From NCBI GenBank assembly GCA_016707785.1, contig JADJGZ010000011.1, positions 75,859 to 139,858 on the forward strand: DNA of 64,000 nucleotides, written 5' to 3'. Position 1 is the first letter of the stretch. Each line of letters begins with the position of its first letter. Of the stretch, positions 52,999 to 62,670 are shown piece after piece. The DNA comes from Bacteroidales bacterium. GTDB taxonomy: Bacteria > Bacteroidota > Bacteroidia > Bacteroidales > UBA4417. A model generated the notes under the pieces. That model made no database searches. It was not told the DNA's origin and saw nothing but the letters and a program-made list of their open reading frames with translations. The position numbers were made by a program, and so were the translations under genes.

Positions 52999-53322
52999 GG
53001 ACTACCTGAGTAAACCTTCGGACCTGCTTGATCCTAAACAAGTTGTTTAGGTTATTCTGGACGCATTTAATATATTTTATTGAAAATGAACACCTTTGCT
53101 TGAAATCCTTATTTGATAAGGCTACTGGGAATTAAAAAAAAACGATCACACTATGTAAATATTGACATATCTGTATAATTTGATAGAATAAAGATTCACC
53201 GAAAGTAAACTGAAGTGCAGAAATGAGCGCACTAAGCAAATTGCAGGAAACTGCAATTCATGTTTTGAAGGAATTAGAAAATGGAAAGGAACTTAAGCTC
53301 AAATAAGATGAGGATAAATCCA

Positions 53323-54078
53323 TCATTTTACTACAATGGCATCCTCAATCAATATCTTATAAAAATAACCAGAACCAAAGTCCTTATTCAACCTGACAAT
53401 TCCGGAGAAAACTACTGTACTGCCAATTGTCACACTGTCCTGGGTAGAAAGGGCAAGATCAAAATTCCCGGCAAATTCGCTCCCATCTTGAATGTGCACC
53501 CAGTTTTTACCCATTATTTGAGAACTGAAATGGGTTACCTGACCTTTGACCTTGATACTTTTCCCGGCATACCTGGGATGGAATTCGTATAATTCCGCAA
53601 TACTAACACCACCTTTTACCTTTTCAACCTGGATATCAGTCCTTCGGGTCTCTGGTTGTTTCCGAGGCGGAGTTGCCCCCTGTGGCATAGCGTTATCAGA
53701 CATAGATCCCGGTTGGGGCTTCCCAAGCATATCAGGGCTTTCACTTACCTGCTGGACAAAATAAACCTTGTCAAATGTTTTCCCCAACTCTTTACTTGCA
53801 AAATTCTTCATTTCCAAAGCATTGGAAAAATAGAGTGTGACTCCTTCAGAAATATCCTGTCTGGAAATAGCAATCCAATACTCCGACTTCCCCTCTTCAA
53901 CAAGCAGGTAAGTATACTTAGTAGTTTGTGTAACACTTTGTACTTCAACCTGATGGATTCCTTCAGCAAGAGGATCAGAAACAGTTAATTTTTTCCCTGT
54001 ATTCCAAAAAGGAATAGTAATCAGGAATATACCCGCCAGGATAAGAATGGCAAAAATTATATTTTTTTTATTTTTCAT
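53323..54078 (-). CDS. N-terminally anchored protein of unknown function, two beta-rich (OB-like?) halves joined by a Pro/Gln linker
   Basis: 251 aa. MKNKKNIIFAILILAGIFLITIPF anchor. Last gene of the cytochrome cluster, 10 nt after the barrel gene. Confidence 0.6.
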   Translation of the reverse strand: MKNKKNIIFAILILAGIFLITIPFWNTGKKLTVSDPLAEGIHQVEVQSVTQTTKYTYLLVEEGKSEYWIAISRQDISEGVTLYFSNALEMKNFASKELGKTFDKVYFVQQVSESPDMLGKPQPGSMSDNAMPQGATPPRKQPETRRTDIQVEKVKGGVSIAELYEFHPRYAGKSIKVKGQVTHFSSQIMGKNWVHIQDGSEFAGNFDLALSTQDSVTIGSTVVFSGIVRLNKDFGSGYFYKILIEDAIVVK

Positions 54079-54088
54079 CGATTCTGGT

Positions 54089-55705
54089 TTAAAAGCGCTG
54101 AGTCAGACTGAGATAAACCCTCTCATAATTCCTGCTTTTTTCAAATGTACCTTCAACGTTAACAGAGAAATTGAGTTTTTTCATCATCCTCCAGGTAAGA
54201 TTTAACTCAGCCATATTTTGAACCAAAGGTGTTTCAGCACTAAGGAACTTGTATTTTACCCATCGGTAATTCACGCCTCCATAAAGTTTACCTGGCAATA
54301 AATCTCTCGACAATCCGGCACTATAGATACTGCTTGAAAGATAACCTGTTTCAAGAAATGTCGCCGAAATTGTTGCGGCAGCTTTCAGCCAGGGCACATT
54401 ATTATAAGTTGCATAACCATACACATTTTTTGAGGGGTTTGGATCCTGTTTATTGGTCCTGTACCCTGCATTCACTCCAAAAGTCAGGTTCTTGAGAGGA
54501 CGATAATTGATTTGAGCCATATACCCCTGTGTACTTGCTTCTTCGAGTAATCTATCAATAATATCCTTATAGGTTTCATAATAGATGATGTTCTTCCTTG
54601 AACTATAGGAGAGTGACATTGAAACCTGTTTTGAAAACTTATAACGGGCCGTGAAGTACATATTTGATAACTTCAGTTTCTGATCAGCGGAATAGGAACT
54701 GTCCTGAGTATTCCTGGATTTGTTGAACAGGTCAGCTTCCAATGACCCGAAGAGAAAAAGTCCGGGTATAAGGTTGTTCGTGTGTTGAAAATAGGCAAAC
54801 CTTCGGTCAGTTAAACCTTTATTTTTCTGCTCAACAAGGGCAATTGAATTTTGCATGGTCTTATCACCAGAATGATAATCATGTGCCAGGTATCCGCCCA
54901 TTTGCAGTAAAGAGGGATTAAAACTGTAATTTATATAGTCTGGTCTTGATCCTCCTACCAACCCTGCACTGAATGATTTTAACTTTAACTCAACCTGGGC
55001 CCCATCGATAGCGCCAGCATTCGACAACCTGGCATTAATTTTACGTCCTACCCAAACTTTTACTTTCTTATTAAACTCGTAACTCAGTGCCAGGTTATAA
55101 ATCTTCAGTCCGTTGAAAACATCATTCTTTATCTCACCCCATTCATTTAATCGGTGCACAAAACTGATGTAGGTCTCGCCTGAAAGATTGGAACCACCAA
55201 TATTAACAGCATTCATGGAAAAATTATACCGCATTCGCTGTGAAAAGTCAGAAACATTGGAGAAATTGGAATAGGATGCCAATGCAATTCGTCCGCTTAT
55301 GCGCTGTGTGGGTTCAGTATTGATACTATCCTTTGCAGGAGTATTTGTTGTTTTGGCTACCGGTGTTGCAGGAGGTACGATGTTCTCTATTTTATTAACA
55401 GGGATATTATCACGTGTCACTTTCCCGGAAACCTTATCCCCGACAGAATATTTGTCACTTCCAACAGGAACACAAACACAGGAAATAGAGGATAACTCAC
55501 TAACAATCAATGCCGGAATAAAATTATTTGCTTTGATCCTGTAAAGGGTATCACCTGCTTTAATTCCATCGGTAGTTTCGAATTTTACATATATGTTCTG
55601 AGAAGTAGTATATGATATAACACCTTCAACAAAAGAAGACAACTCCTGGCCTGAAATGTTATTTCCAAGTATAAGTACAATAATTATAAGCAGTAATTTC
55701 TTCAT
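54089..55705 (-). CDS. Putative outer-membrane beta-barrel protein (porin-like partner of the multiheme cytochrome)
   Basis: 538 aa. Signal peptide MKKLLLIIIVLILGNNISGQ, a ~130-aa N-terminal soluble domain, then alternating-hydrophobic strands rich in Y/N/G/S, and a terminal ...LSLTQRF (C-terminal Phe). Starts 10 nt after the cytochrome frame ends. Confidence 0.6.
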   Translation of the reverse strand: MKKLLLIIIVLILGNNISGQELSSFVEGVISYTTSQNIYVKFETTDGIKAGDTLYRIKANNFIPALIVSELSSISCVCVPVGSDKYSVGDKVSGKVTRDNIPVNKIENIVPPATPVAKTTNTPAKDSINTEPTQRISGRIALASYSNFSNVSDFSQRMRYNFSMNAVNIGGSNLSGETYISFVHRLNEWGEIKNDVFNGLKIYNLALSYEFNKKVKVWVGRKINARLSNAGAIDGAQVELKLKSFSAGLVGGSRPDYINYSFNPSLLQMGGYLAHDYHSGDKTMQNSIALVEQKNKGLTDRRFAYFQHTNNLIPGLFLFGSLEADLFNKSRNTQDSSYSADQKLKLSNMYFTARYKFSKQVSMSLSYSSRKNIIYYETYKDIIDRLLEEASTQGYMAQINYRPLKNLTFGVNAGYRTNKQDPNPSKNVYGYATYNNVPWLKAAATISATFLETGYLSSSIYSAGLSRDLLPGKLYGGVNYRWVKYKFLSAETPLVQNMAELNLTWRMMKKLNFSVNVEGTFEKSRNYERVYLSLTQRF

Positions 55706-55715
55706 CTACTGATTA

Positions 55716-58700
55716 CTAGTTACTTCTAATGAAATTTCTGATCATTTGATCATTGCCATTTGGATGGCAATTCAAACAAGCAGCACTGTTGTATGAATAC
55801 CCGCTTACTCCCTGGTGGTCATTATTGGTTGAACTCTGAGGATGGCAGGAAGTGGTGCAAGTAAATACAGAGTAATTGGTTGAGTTGGGATGGCAATCAG
55901 AACAAGTGTTCCATTCTCCATTGTGATTTCCGGAATAGATAGGGAAATATTGGTCGTCGTGGTCAAAGGTAGATGGCTGCCATGCTGTTTGAGTGTGGCA
56001 ATCCTCACAGGTAGTTGGGAATTGAGCCGAAACATGGTTAGGGTCATTGGTCTGGTTGTATTCGTTAATATGACAACCGGAACAGGTGTTAGGAGTGTTT
56101 GTATAATTACCGTTATGGCAATCAGAACACTGATTCGCAATAGCAAGATGGGCACCCTTGAGTACATAATAGTTATTATGGATGGGGAAGGTGGCTGGAG
56201 CCCAGCCGGGGTTAGTGGTATGGCAGGTTGCACATTCATTGGGAATGGCCAATGAAACATGGTTAGGATTTGTCGCCTGGTTATAATTGTTCTGGTGACA
56301 TCCTTCGCAGGTATTCGGAGTATTACTGTAACCGTTGGCGTGACACTGCACACAATTGGTTGCAATGGTTGCATGTGCCCCGGTTAATGGATAGGTGGAA
56401 TTATGGTCAAAGGTTGAAGGAACCCATGCAGTCTGTGTATGGCAATCCTGGCAGGTTGTGGCAAATTGGGAAGCCACATGGTTAGGATTGGTTGTCTGGT
56501 TATAATTGTCAATATGACAACCGTCGCAGGTATTGGGAGTAGTGTTATAATTACCATTATGACAGGTGGCGCACTGATCTGCCAGAGGAATATGAGCCCC
56601 TTCCAGCACATAGTAATTATTATGAATTGGGAAACTGGCAGGCGCCCAACCTGGATTTGTCGTGTGACAGCTCGCACATTCATTGGGAATTGCCAGGGAT
56701 ACATGGTTGGGATTAGTAGCCTGCGTATAATTGTTCTGATGGCAACCCTCACAGGTGTTGGGGGTATTGTTATAGCCGTTGGAATGGCACTGCACACAAT
56801 TTGATGCGATCGTAGCATGCGCACCGGTCAAAGGATAGGTATTGTCATGATCGAACGTTGAAGGCACCCAGGCAGTCTGGGTATGGCAATCCTGGCAGGT
56901 GGTGGCAAATTGAGAAGTTACAGTTGCTGGGGGTGTGAAGCTACATGGTTCGGATTTGTGGTCTGGTTATAATTGTCAATATGGCATCCATCACAGGTAT
57001 TGGGGGTAGAATTATAATTCCCATTATGACAATCTGCACATTGTGAAGCTATGGCAACATGAGCACCTTGAAGTGCATAATAGTTGTTATGCACGCTGAA
57101 AGTAGCGGGAGCCCAACCCGGAGCGGTAGTATGACAGCTTGCACAGTCATTTGAGAGACTAAGTGAGGTATGGCTGGGGTTTGCTGACTGATTGTAGTCG
57201 TTGATATGGCAACTGGAACATTCGCTGGATGTACCTGCATATCCATTCGATGGCAGCTGGCACAATCAGTACCGGCATGACCTCCTGTTAAATGGAATGG
57301 AGAAGTATTGTGGTTGAAACTACCGGCTGAGTTCCCATCAGGATGGCAGGCAAGACAAGCTTCAGTTGTGTAAACATACCCCCCTACTCCCTGGTGTTCA
57401 TTGTTAGTGGAATTCTGCTGGTGACAGGAAGATGTACAGGTTACTACTTTATAATTACCTGGATTGGTATGACAGTCGGAACATTGATCCCATTCTCCCT
57501 GGTTTTGTCCTGAATAAATAGGGAAAATATTGTCCGTCATGGTTAAATGTTGCGGGTGTCCAGGATGCTTGCGAATGGCAATCAGCACAGGTAGTCGGGA
57601 ATTGAGCAGTAGAATGTGACGGATCATTCGTCTGGTTGTATTCATCAATATGACATCCTGAGCAGGTATTTGGAGTGTTGGTGTAGCTCCCCTGGTGACA
57701 GGAGGCACAATCATTTCCAATTCCAGCATGTGCACCTTCAAGTACATAATAATTACTATGTGTCGGGAAAGTAGCCGGCGACCAACCCGGACCCGTAGTA
57801 TGACATACCGCACAATCATTGGAGATTCCTATTCCGGTATGGTTAGGGTTGGTGGTCTGATTATAATTATTGGTATGACAACTGGCGCAAACTGTAGAAG
57901 TATTAGTATATTTGTTTGCATGACAGCTATTGCAATCGTCAACAGCATGCCCTCCGGTTAATGGAAATGCTGAAGTATTGTGGTCGAAACTGCCCTGTGA
58001 ATTACCTGCGGGATGGCATTCGAAACAGGCTATACTATTATACGCATATCCTCCAACCCCCTGGTGCTCGTCATCCATATCGGGTTGGTTGTGATCATGA
58101 CAATCAATGCAACTGAATACTTTAAAATTCCCTGGATTGGTATGGCATTCAGAGCAATCATTCCATTCACCCTGGTGACTTCCTGAATAAATAGGAAAAT
58201 ACTGTCCATCGTGATTGAAAGTTGAGGGCGTCCAGGCATTCACATTATGACAATCCTCACAGGTTGTCGGAAACTGGGCTGCAGCATGTGAAGGGTCGTT
58301 TGACTCATTATAATCAGCTGCATGGCATCCAAAACAAGTATTTGGTGTATTGGTATAATTCCCTTTATGACAGGAAAAACAATCATTCGCAATTGACTGA
58401 TGAGCTCCCAATAACGGATAAACTGTATTATGATTAGGAAAGATGCTGGTTTCCAATCAGGAAGAGTTGTAGGGCAGGTTCCACAATCATTTCCAATGCC
58501 GGATGCAATATGATTTGGATTGGTTGTTTGATTATAGGCATTGGTATGACAACTGGAGCAGGTGGTTGGTGTCCCAGCATACTGGAGGTATGACAACTTG
58601 AACAGTTAGTGGTTGTATGGGCTCCCGTTAATGGAAAGCTGGTAGAATTATGGTCAAAAGCGCCATCTCCTGAACCATTTGGATGACAGCCAAAACAAGC

Positions 58701-61309
58701 GATACTATTATAAGTGTAACCGCTAACTCCTTCATGTTCATCATCTGTATCCCCCTGGTTATGCTCATGGCAATTGGTGCAGGTAAATTGAGCATAATTG
58801 GAAGGATTTGTATGACAGTCGGAACAATTATCCCATTCTCCTTTATGAGTTCCTGAATAAATAGGGAAAGACTGGGAATCATGATCTTTATATTCTGCCG
58901 GACTCCATCCCGGATTAAGATTGTGACATTGCTTGCAATCGGTTGAAAATTGTAATGTAATGTGGTTAGGACTTGCTGCAGTATTATAATCCTGCTGATG
59001 ACAGGAAACACAAGCAGCATCAATGCTGGAATATGATCCTGAGGTATGACAGGTTTTACAGTCACTGATTTCATGGCCGCCCGTAAGTGGGAAGAAATTG
59101 TGATTGATACCGGCTCGGACCATTCGAAAGAGTTTTATATTATGACATTCTTCGCAATTTGTTGAATAACCGGCTGGGTGTGATTAGGGTTCGTTGTAGA
59201 CAGGTAGTTATCTTTATGACAATCAAAACATTCAACTCCCAGGGGATCAAAACGTAATGCAGAAGCTGTTCCTAAGCCATTCGCAGCCGGTGAAAGATTA
59301 ATATGACAATCGGAACAATTCGCCTGGGTATGAGGCCCGATTAAAGGGAAACGGCTCATTTGATGCAATTGGGTAGTATTGGTAACCACCCAGGAATTAG
59401 GCGTATGACATCGGGAGCAATCAGTCCCCACAGTTTGCTCATGAATATCGATATGACATTCATTGCAATCAGTGGGAGTCTTTACAAATTCAAGGGAGGT
59501 ATGGCAATCCTTGCAGGAAACAGATTGGTGCTGCCCTACCAATGGGAATTTCGTAACACTATGATCAAAGGCTAATTTGGCAAGGTCAATCTTCCAGCCA
59601 TCCGTAGTATGGCAATCCTTGCAACTGATGGCAAAACCAGTCCCATGGGGAGATTTCTGGGCAAAATACTCCCGAAAATGATCAGTGTGAAAGGATTATT
59701 GATGACAGTCTTCGCATTTGATTTTCTTTGTTTTATAAAGGATGAAAGTTGCTTCACCAATGGTGACAGGTTGGTGGCATTTTTCACAAGGGAGGCCTGA
59801 ATGTTTGCCATCCAATGGAAATTGTGATTTGTTGTGATCAAAAGAAGCTGTTGGTTTGAAAGCTATTGAATTATGGCATTTTTTACAATCTGTCTTTCCA
59901 TTCTCGTCAAACTGCTGCCGATGAATGTCGGTATGACAGTCACTACAATTCATGGATAAATCCTTAAAAGTCTGGTTGGCATGACCCTTCACTTCCTTGT
60001 TAAAATGGCAGTCTCTGCATGTTTTGGTTTCATGTGCACCTTCAAGAATAAACTGTGTGATTTTATGATCAAATTCAACCTGATTCCAACGGCTATTCGA
60101 ATGACAGTTTTCACAATTTTCTTCAGGATAGTATTTCTCTGATATCTTGCCTGTATGAATGTTCTCATGACAGTCTTTACAATTCTTCCCGATCTCTTTA
60201 AATTTCCATTTAGTCTCTTTCTTATGGCATGAAATACAAGGTGTTGCCAGATGTGCACCTTTCAATGGAAATCCTGATGAATTATGTTTCTCAATGGTAA
60301 AAGAAGAGCCTTTGAATCCTTGCACCGAATGGCATTCAGAACAATCAGGTGAAACACCGTTCTTAACAAATTGCTTTTCGTGATAATCCGTATGACAATC
60401 AGTGCAGTGCTTATGCAGCAATGGTGTAGTAAGTTTTATCTTGTGGCACGACTTACAACTCTACTGCCTGGTGCTTGCCTTCTAATTTGAAATCTGTTTT
60501 ACTATGATCAAAATTCTTTACCCACCAACGGCTGTAAAAGACTCAGTATTATGGCATTCAGAACATTTCTGCCCAAATTTGTTATTATGAGCATCTTCAT
60601 GACAATTCGTGCAATTGGCATATTTAACTCCCTTGAATTCCTGGAATTTTACTCCATTTCTCATGGATGTTTTATGACACTCAGCACAGGCAACATCCTG
60701 ATGCCTACCAGTTAGTTTGAAGCCGGATTTCTGATGACTAAATTTAGTGGCAGGCTTGAACTTTTCATTGTCATGACAATCGGCACAACTGCTGGAAAGA
60801 GATTTCTGATGATAATCGGTATGACATGATAAGCAATCTGTCCCCATCCCGAGAAAGGTGTATTTTTTTGCCTTTATCTTGGCATCCTTTATATACTGGG
60901 GTTTATGACAATCCTCACATTTCTTTTTATTGTGGGCTCCAAGGAGTTTATAGCCGGTAAGGGCATGATTGAACTTGGTTTTATCGAAGCGGATGATTTG
61001 AAAATTAACTCCGTGATGGTCACTATGGCAGGATGCACATTGTTTCCCTTTCACCTCAGCGGATGAGTGATATCCCTTATTACTGCTGATCCTGGTCTTC
61101 AGTTCAGTATGGCAGGCCAGACACTTATCATTCGAGACTTTTTCACCCAGGATGTGACATTTGGTGCAATTTGACATTCCCTCCAGATGTGAATGCACCT
61201 TGGCAAGATCTCCCGGAGATATCTGTGATTTAACCTCAACCAAAAAGCAAAGTTGAAACAGGAATAATCCTGTCAGAAGTACTTTAAAGAGGTTAGTAGG
61301 ATAAATCAT
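55716..61309 (-). pseudogene. Giant multiheme c-type cytochrome (~1860 codons, ~69 CXXCH + 2 CXXXCH) split into at least 9 frame segments
   Basis: ORF-track pieces 60518..61309, 59696..60421, 59135..59542, 58434..59123, 58240..58596, 57455..58456, 57049..57819, 56918..57265 and 55716..56867 are collinear. They continue each other's repeat pattern but sit in different frames. Only the first piece has a signal peptide (MIYPTNLFKVLLTGLFLFQLCFLVEVKSQ). Confidence 0.8.
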
Positions 61310-61335
61310 TTCTTCAATTAATTGGACAGTTTCTG

Positions 61336-62670
61336 TTAAGTGTGTTTCAAAATGGCTTCACCAAACTTTTGGTAATCATAATTCCAGCCTTTGTAAAAAC
61401 TGGATAGGTAATTCACCCCGGCAAAAATATATACGAATTGATTGACAATATGTATCTCCTTGTCCTCCTTCAAATCCTTTAGCAACACAGATTCCTTTAG
61501 TATTTCAACCGGTGAGGTATTAAAGAGTACCCTTACTTTGCCAGAAGATGAAGCCATACCAATTCTTTCGCTATTCATGGGTTTCAAACGGCTAAACGTA
61601 TCACCCCTGTATGATAAGGTTACATTATTATGGTCACAAAGAAGCAACGCTGATTCAATAGCAGAATCACCGCCTCCCACTACCATAATATCTTTACCAC
61701 TGATATCTTCGGGCTCTAATAATCTGTAGGCTACCTTTTCCAGCATTTCACCCGGAACCCCTAGCTTTCGTGGAGTACCTCTCCGGCCAATGGCGATTAA
61801 AACCGTTTTGGTTGAAAGTTTTTCGCCTGCCTGTGTTTCAACCAGAAAATGGTTATTCTCCTTATGAATGGCTTCCACTTTAGTATTTTCCCGGATAGTA
61901 AGCTGATTTTTCCCTAATGCGTTTTGCCATAAATCCAGGAGTTCGGTTTTACTGGTTTCAAATAGTTTGACCTTTCCAAAAAGTGGTAAGTCCATGGCTG
62001 AGGTCATTACAATTTTTTGCCTGGGAAAGGTATAAACTGTCCCTCCAAGTGTGTCCTGTTCCAGGGTCAGAAACTTTAAGTTGTGCTTTTTAGCTGTCAG
62101 GGAAGCTGAAATACCAGCCGGGCCTGCCCCGATTATAATCAAATCATAGGTAGCATCATGACTTCCCCTGAGTGTTCTGACCAGGTTGTCGACCGCCTGT
62201 TTGCCTTGTTCTACAGCATTCTTTATGAGTCCCATCCCTCCCAATTCACCGGCAATATAAATTCCATTGACATTGGTTTCAAAATTCTGATTGACATGGG
62301 GTAAATCAACACCCCGCGTTTCTGTACCAATAACTAACATGATGGCTTGTGTAGGACAGGCATGAAAGCATGCACCATGACCAATACATCTCGATGCATT
62401 AATCGTAGTGGCTTTCCCGTCTTTTATGCCAATAATGTCTTTTTCAGGACATGCAGCAACACAGGCACCGGTTTTGATACAGCTATTTGCATCAATAACC
62501 GGGTGCAGAGAGATAGGCTCAAATAATCCATCCTGTTTGGCCTTGATAATCTTCTCTTCTACTTTTTTAGATTCTCTTTTCTGCTTGCGCAGATAAATGA
62601 AAACCACGATCAGGCAGAATAATACTGCAACTGAATAAATTGCGACCTGTTCTATGAGTATTTCCATCAC
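61336..62670 (-). CDS. Membrane-anchored ferredoxin-domain + FAD/NAD(P)-binding oxidoreductase
   Basis: 444 aa. N-terminal TM helix, two Cys-rich motifs CIKTGACVAACP and CIGHGACFHACP, and dinucleotide folds DLIIIGAGPAGISA and DIMVVGGGDSAIESA. Confidence 0.8.
   Translation of the reverse strand: MMEILIEQVAIYSVAVLFCLIVVFIYLRKQKRESKKVEEKIIKAKQDGLFEPISLHPVIDANSCIKTGACVAACPEKDIIGIKDGKATTINASRCIGHGACFHACPTQAIMLVIGTETRGVDLPHVNQNFETNVNGIYIAGELGGMGLIKNAVEQGKQAVDNLVRTLRGSHDATYDLIIIGAGPAGISASLTAKKHNLKFLTLEQDTLGGTVYTFPRQKIVMTSAMDLPLFGKVKLFETSKTELLDLWQNALGKNQLTIRENTKVEAIHKENNHFLVETQAGEKLSTKTVLIAIGRRGTPRKLGVPGEMLEKVAYRLLEPEDISGKDIMVVGGGDSAIESALLLCDHNNVTLSYRGDTFSRLKPMNSERIGMASSSGKVRVLFNTSPVEILKESVLLKDLKEDKEIHIVNQFVYIFAGVNYLSSFYKGWNYDYQKFGEAILKHT

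Noticed and set aside
53223-53306. 27-aa ORF (MSALSKLQETAIHVLKELENGKELKLK) in the kinase/cytochrome-cluster intergenic region
   Set aside because: It is too short and featureless to support, and there is no evidence beyond an open frame.
55805-59841. Overlapping and antisense ORFs inside the cytochrome region (e.g. 55805..56374 -, 55890..56255 +, 56384..56824 -, 56439..56804 +, 57695..57961 +, 58628..59074 -, 59572..59841 -)
   Set aside because: They lack CXXCH periodicity and are off-frame or antisense readings of a repetitive, stop-poor sequence. The heme-motif frame is clearly the coding one.
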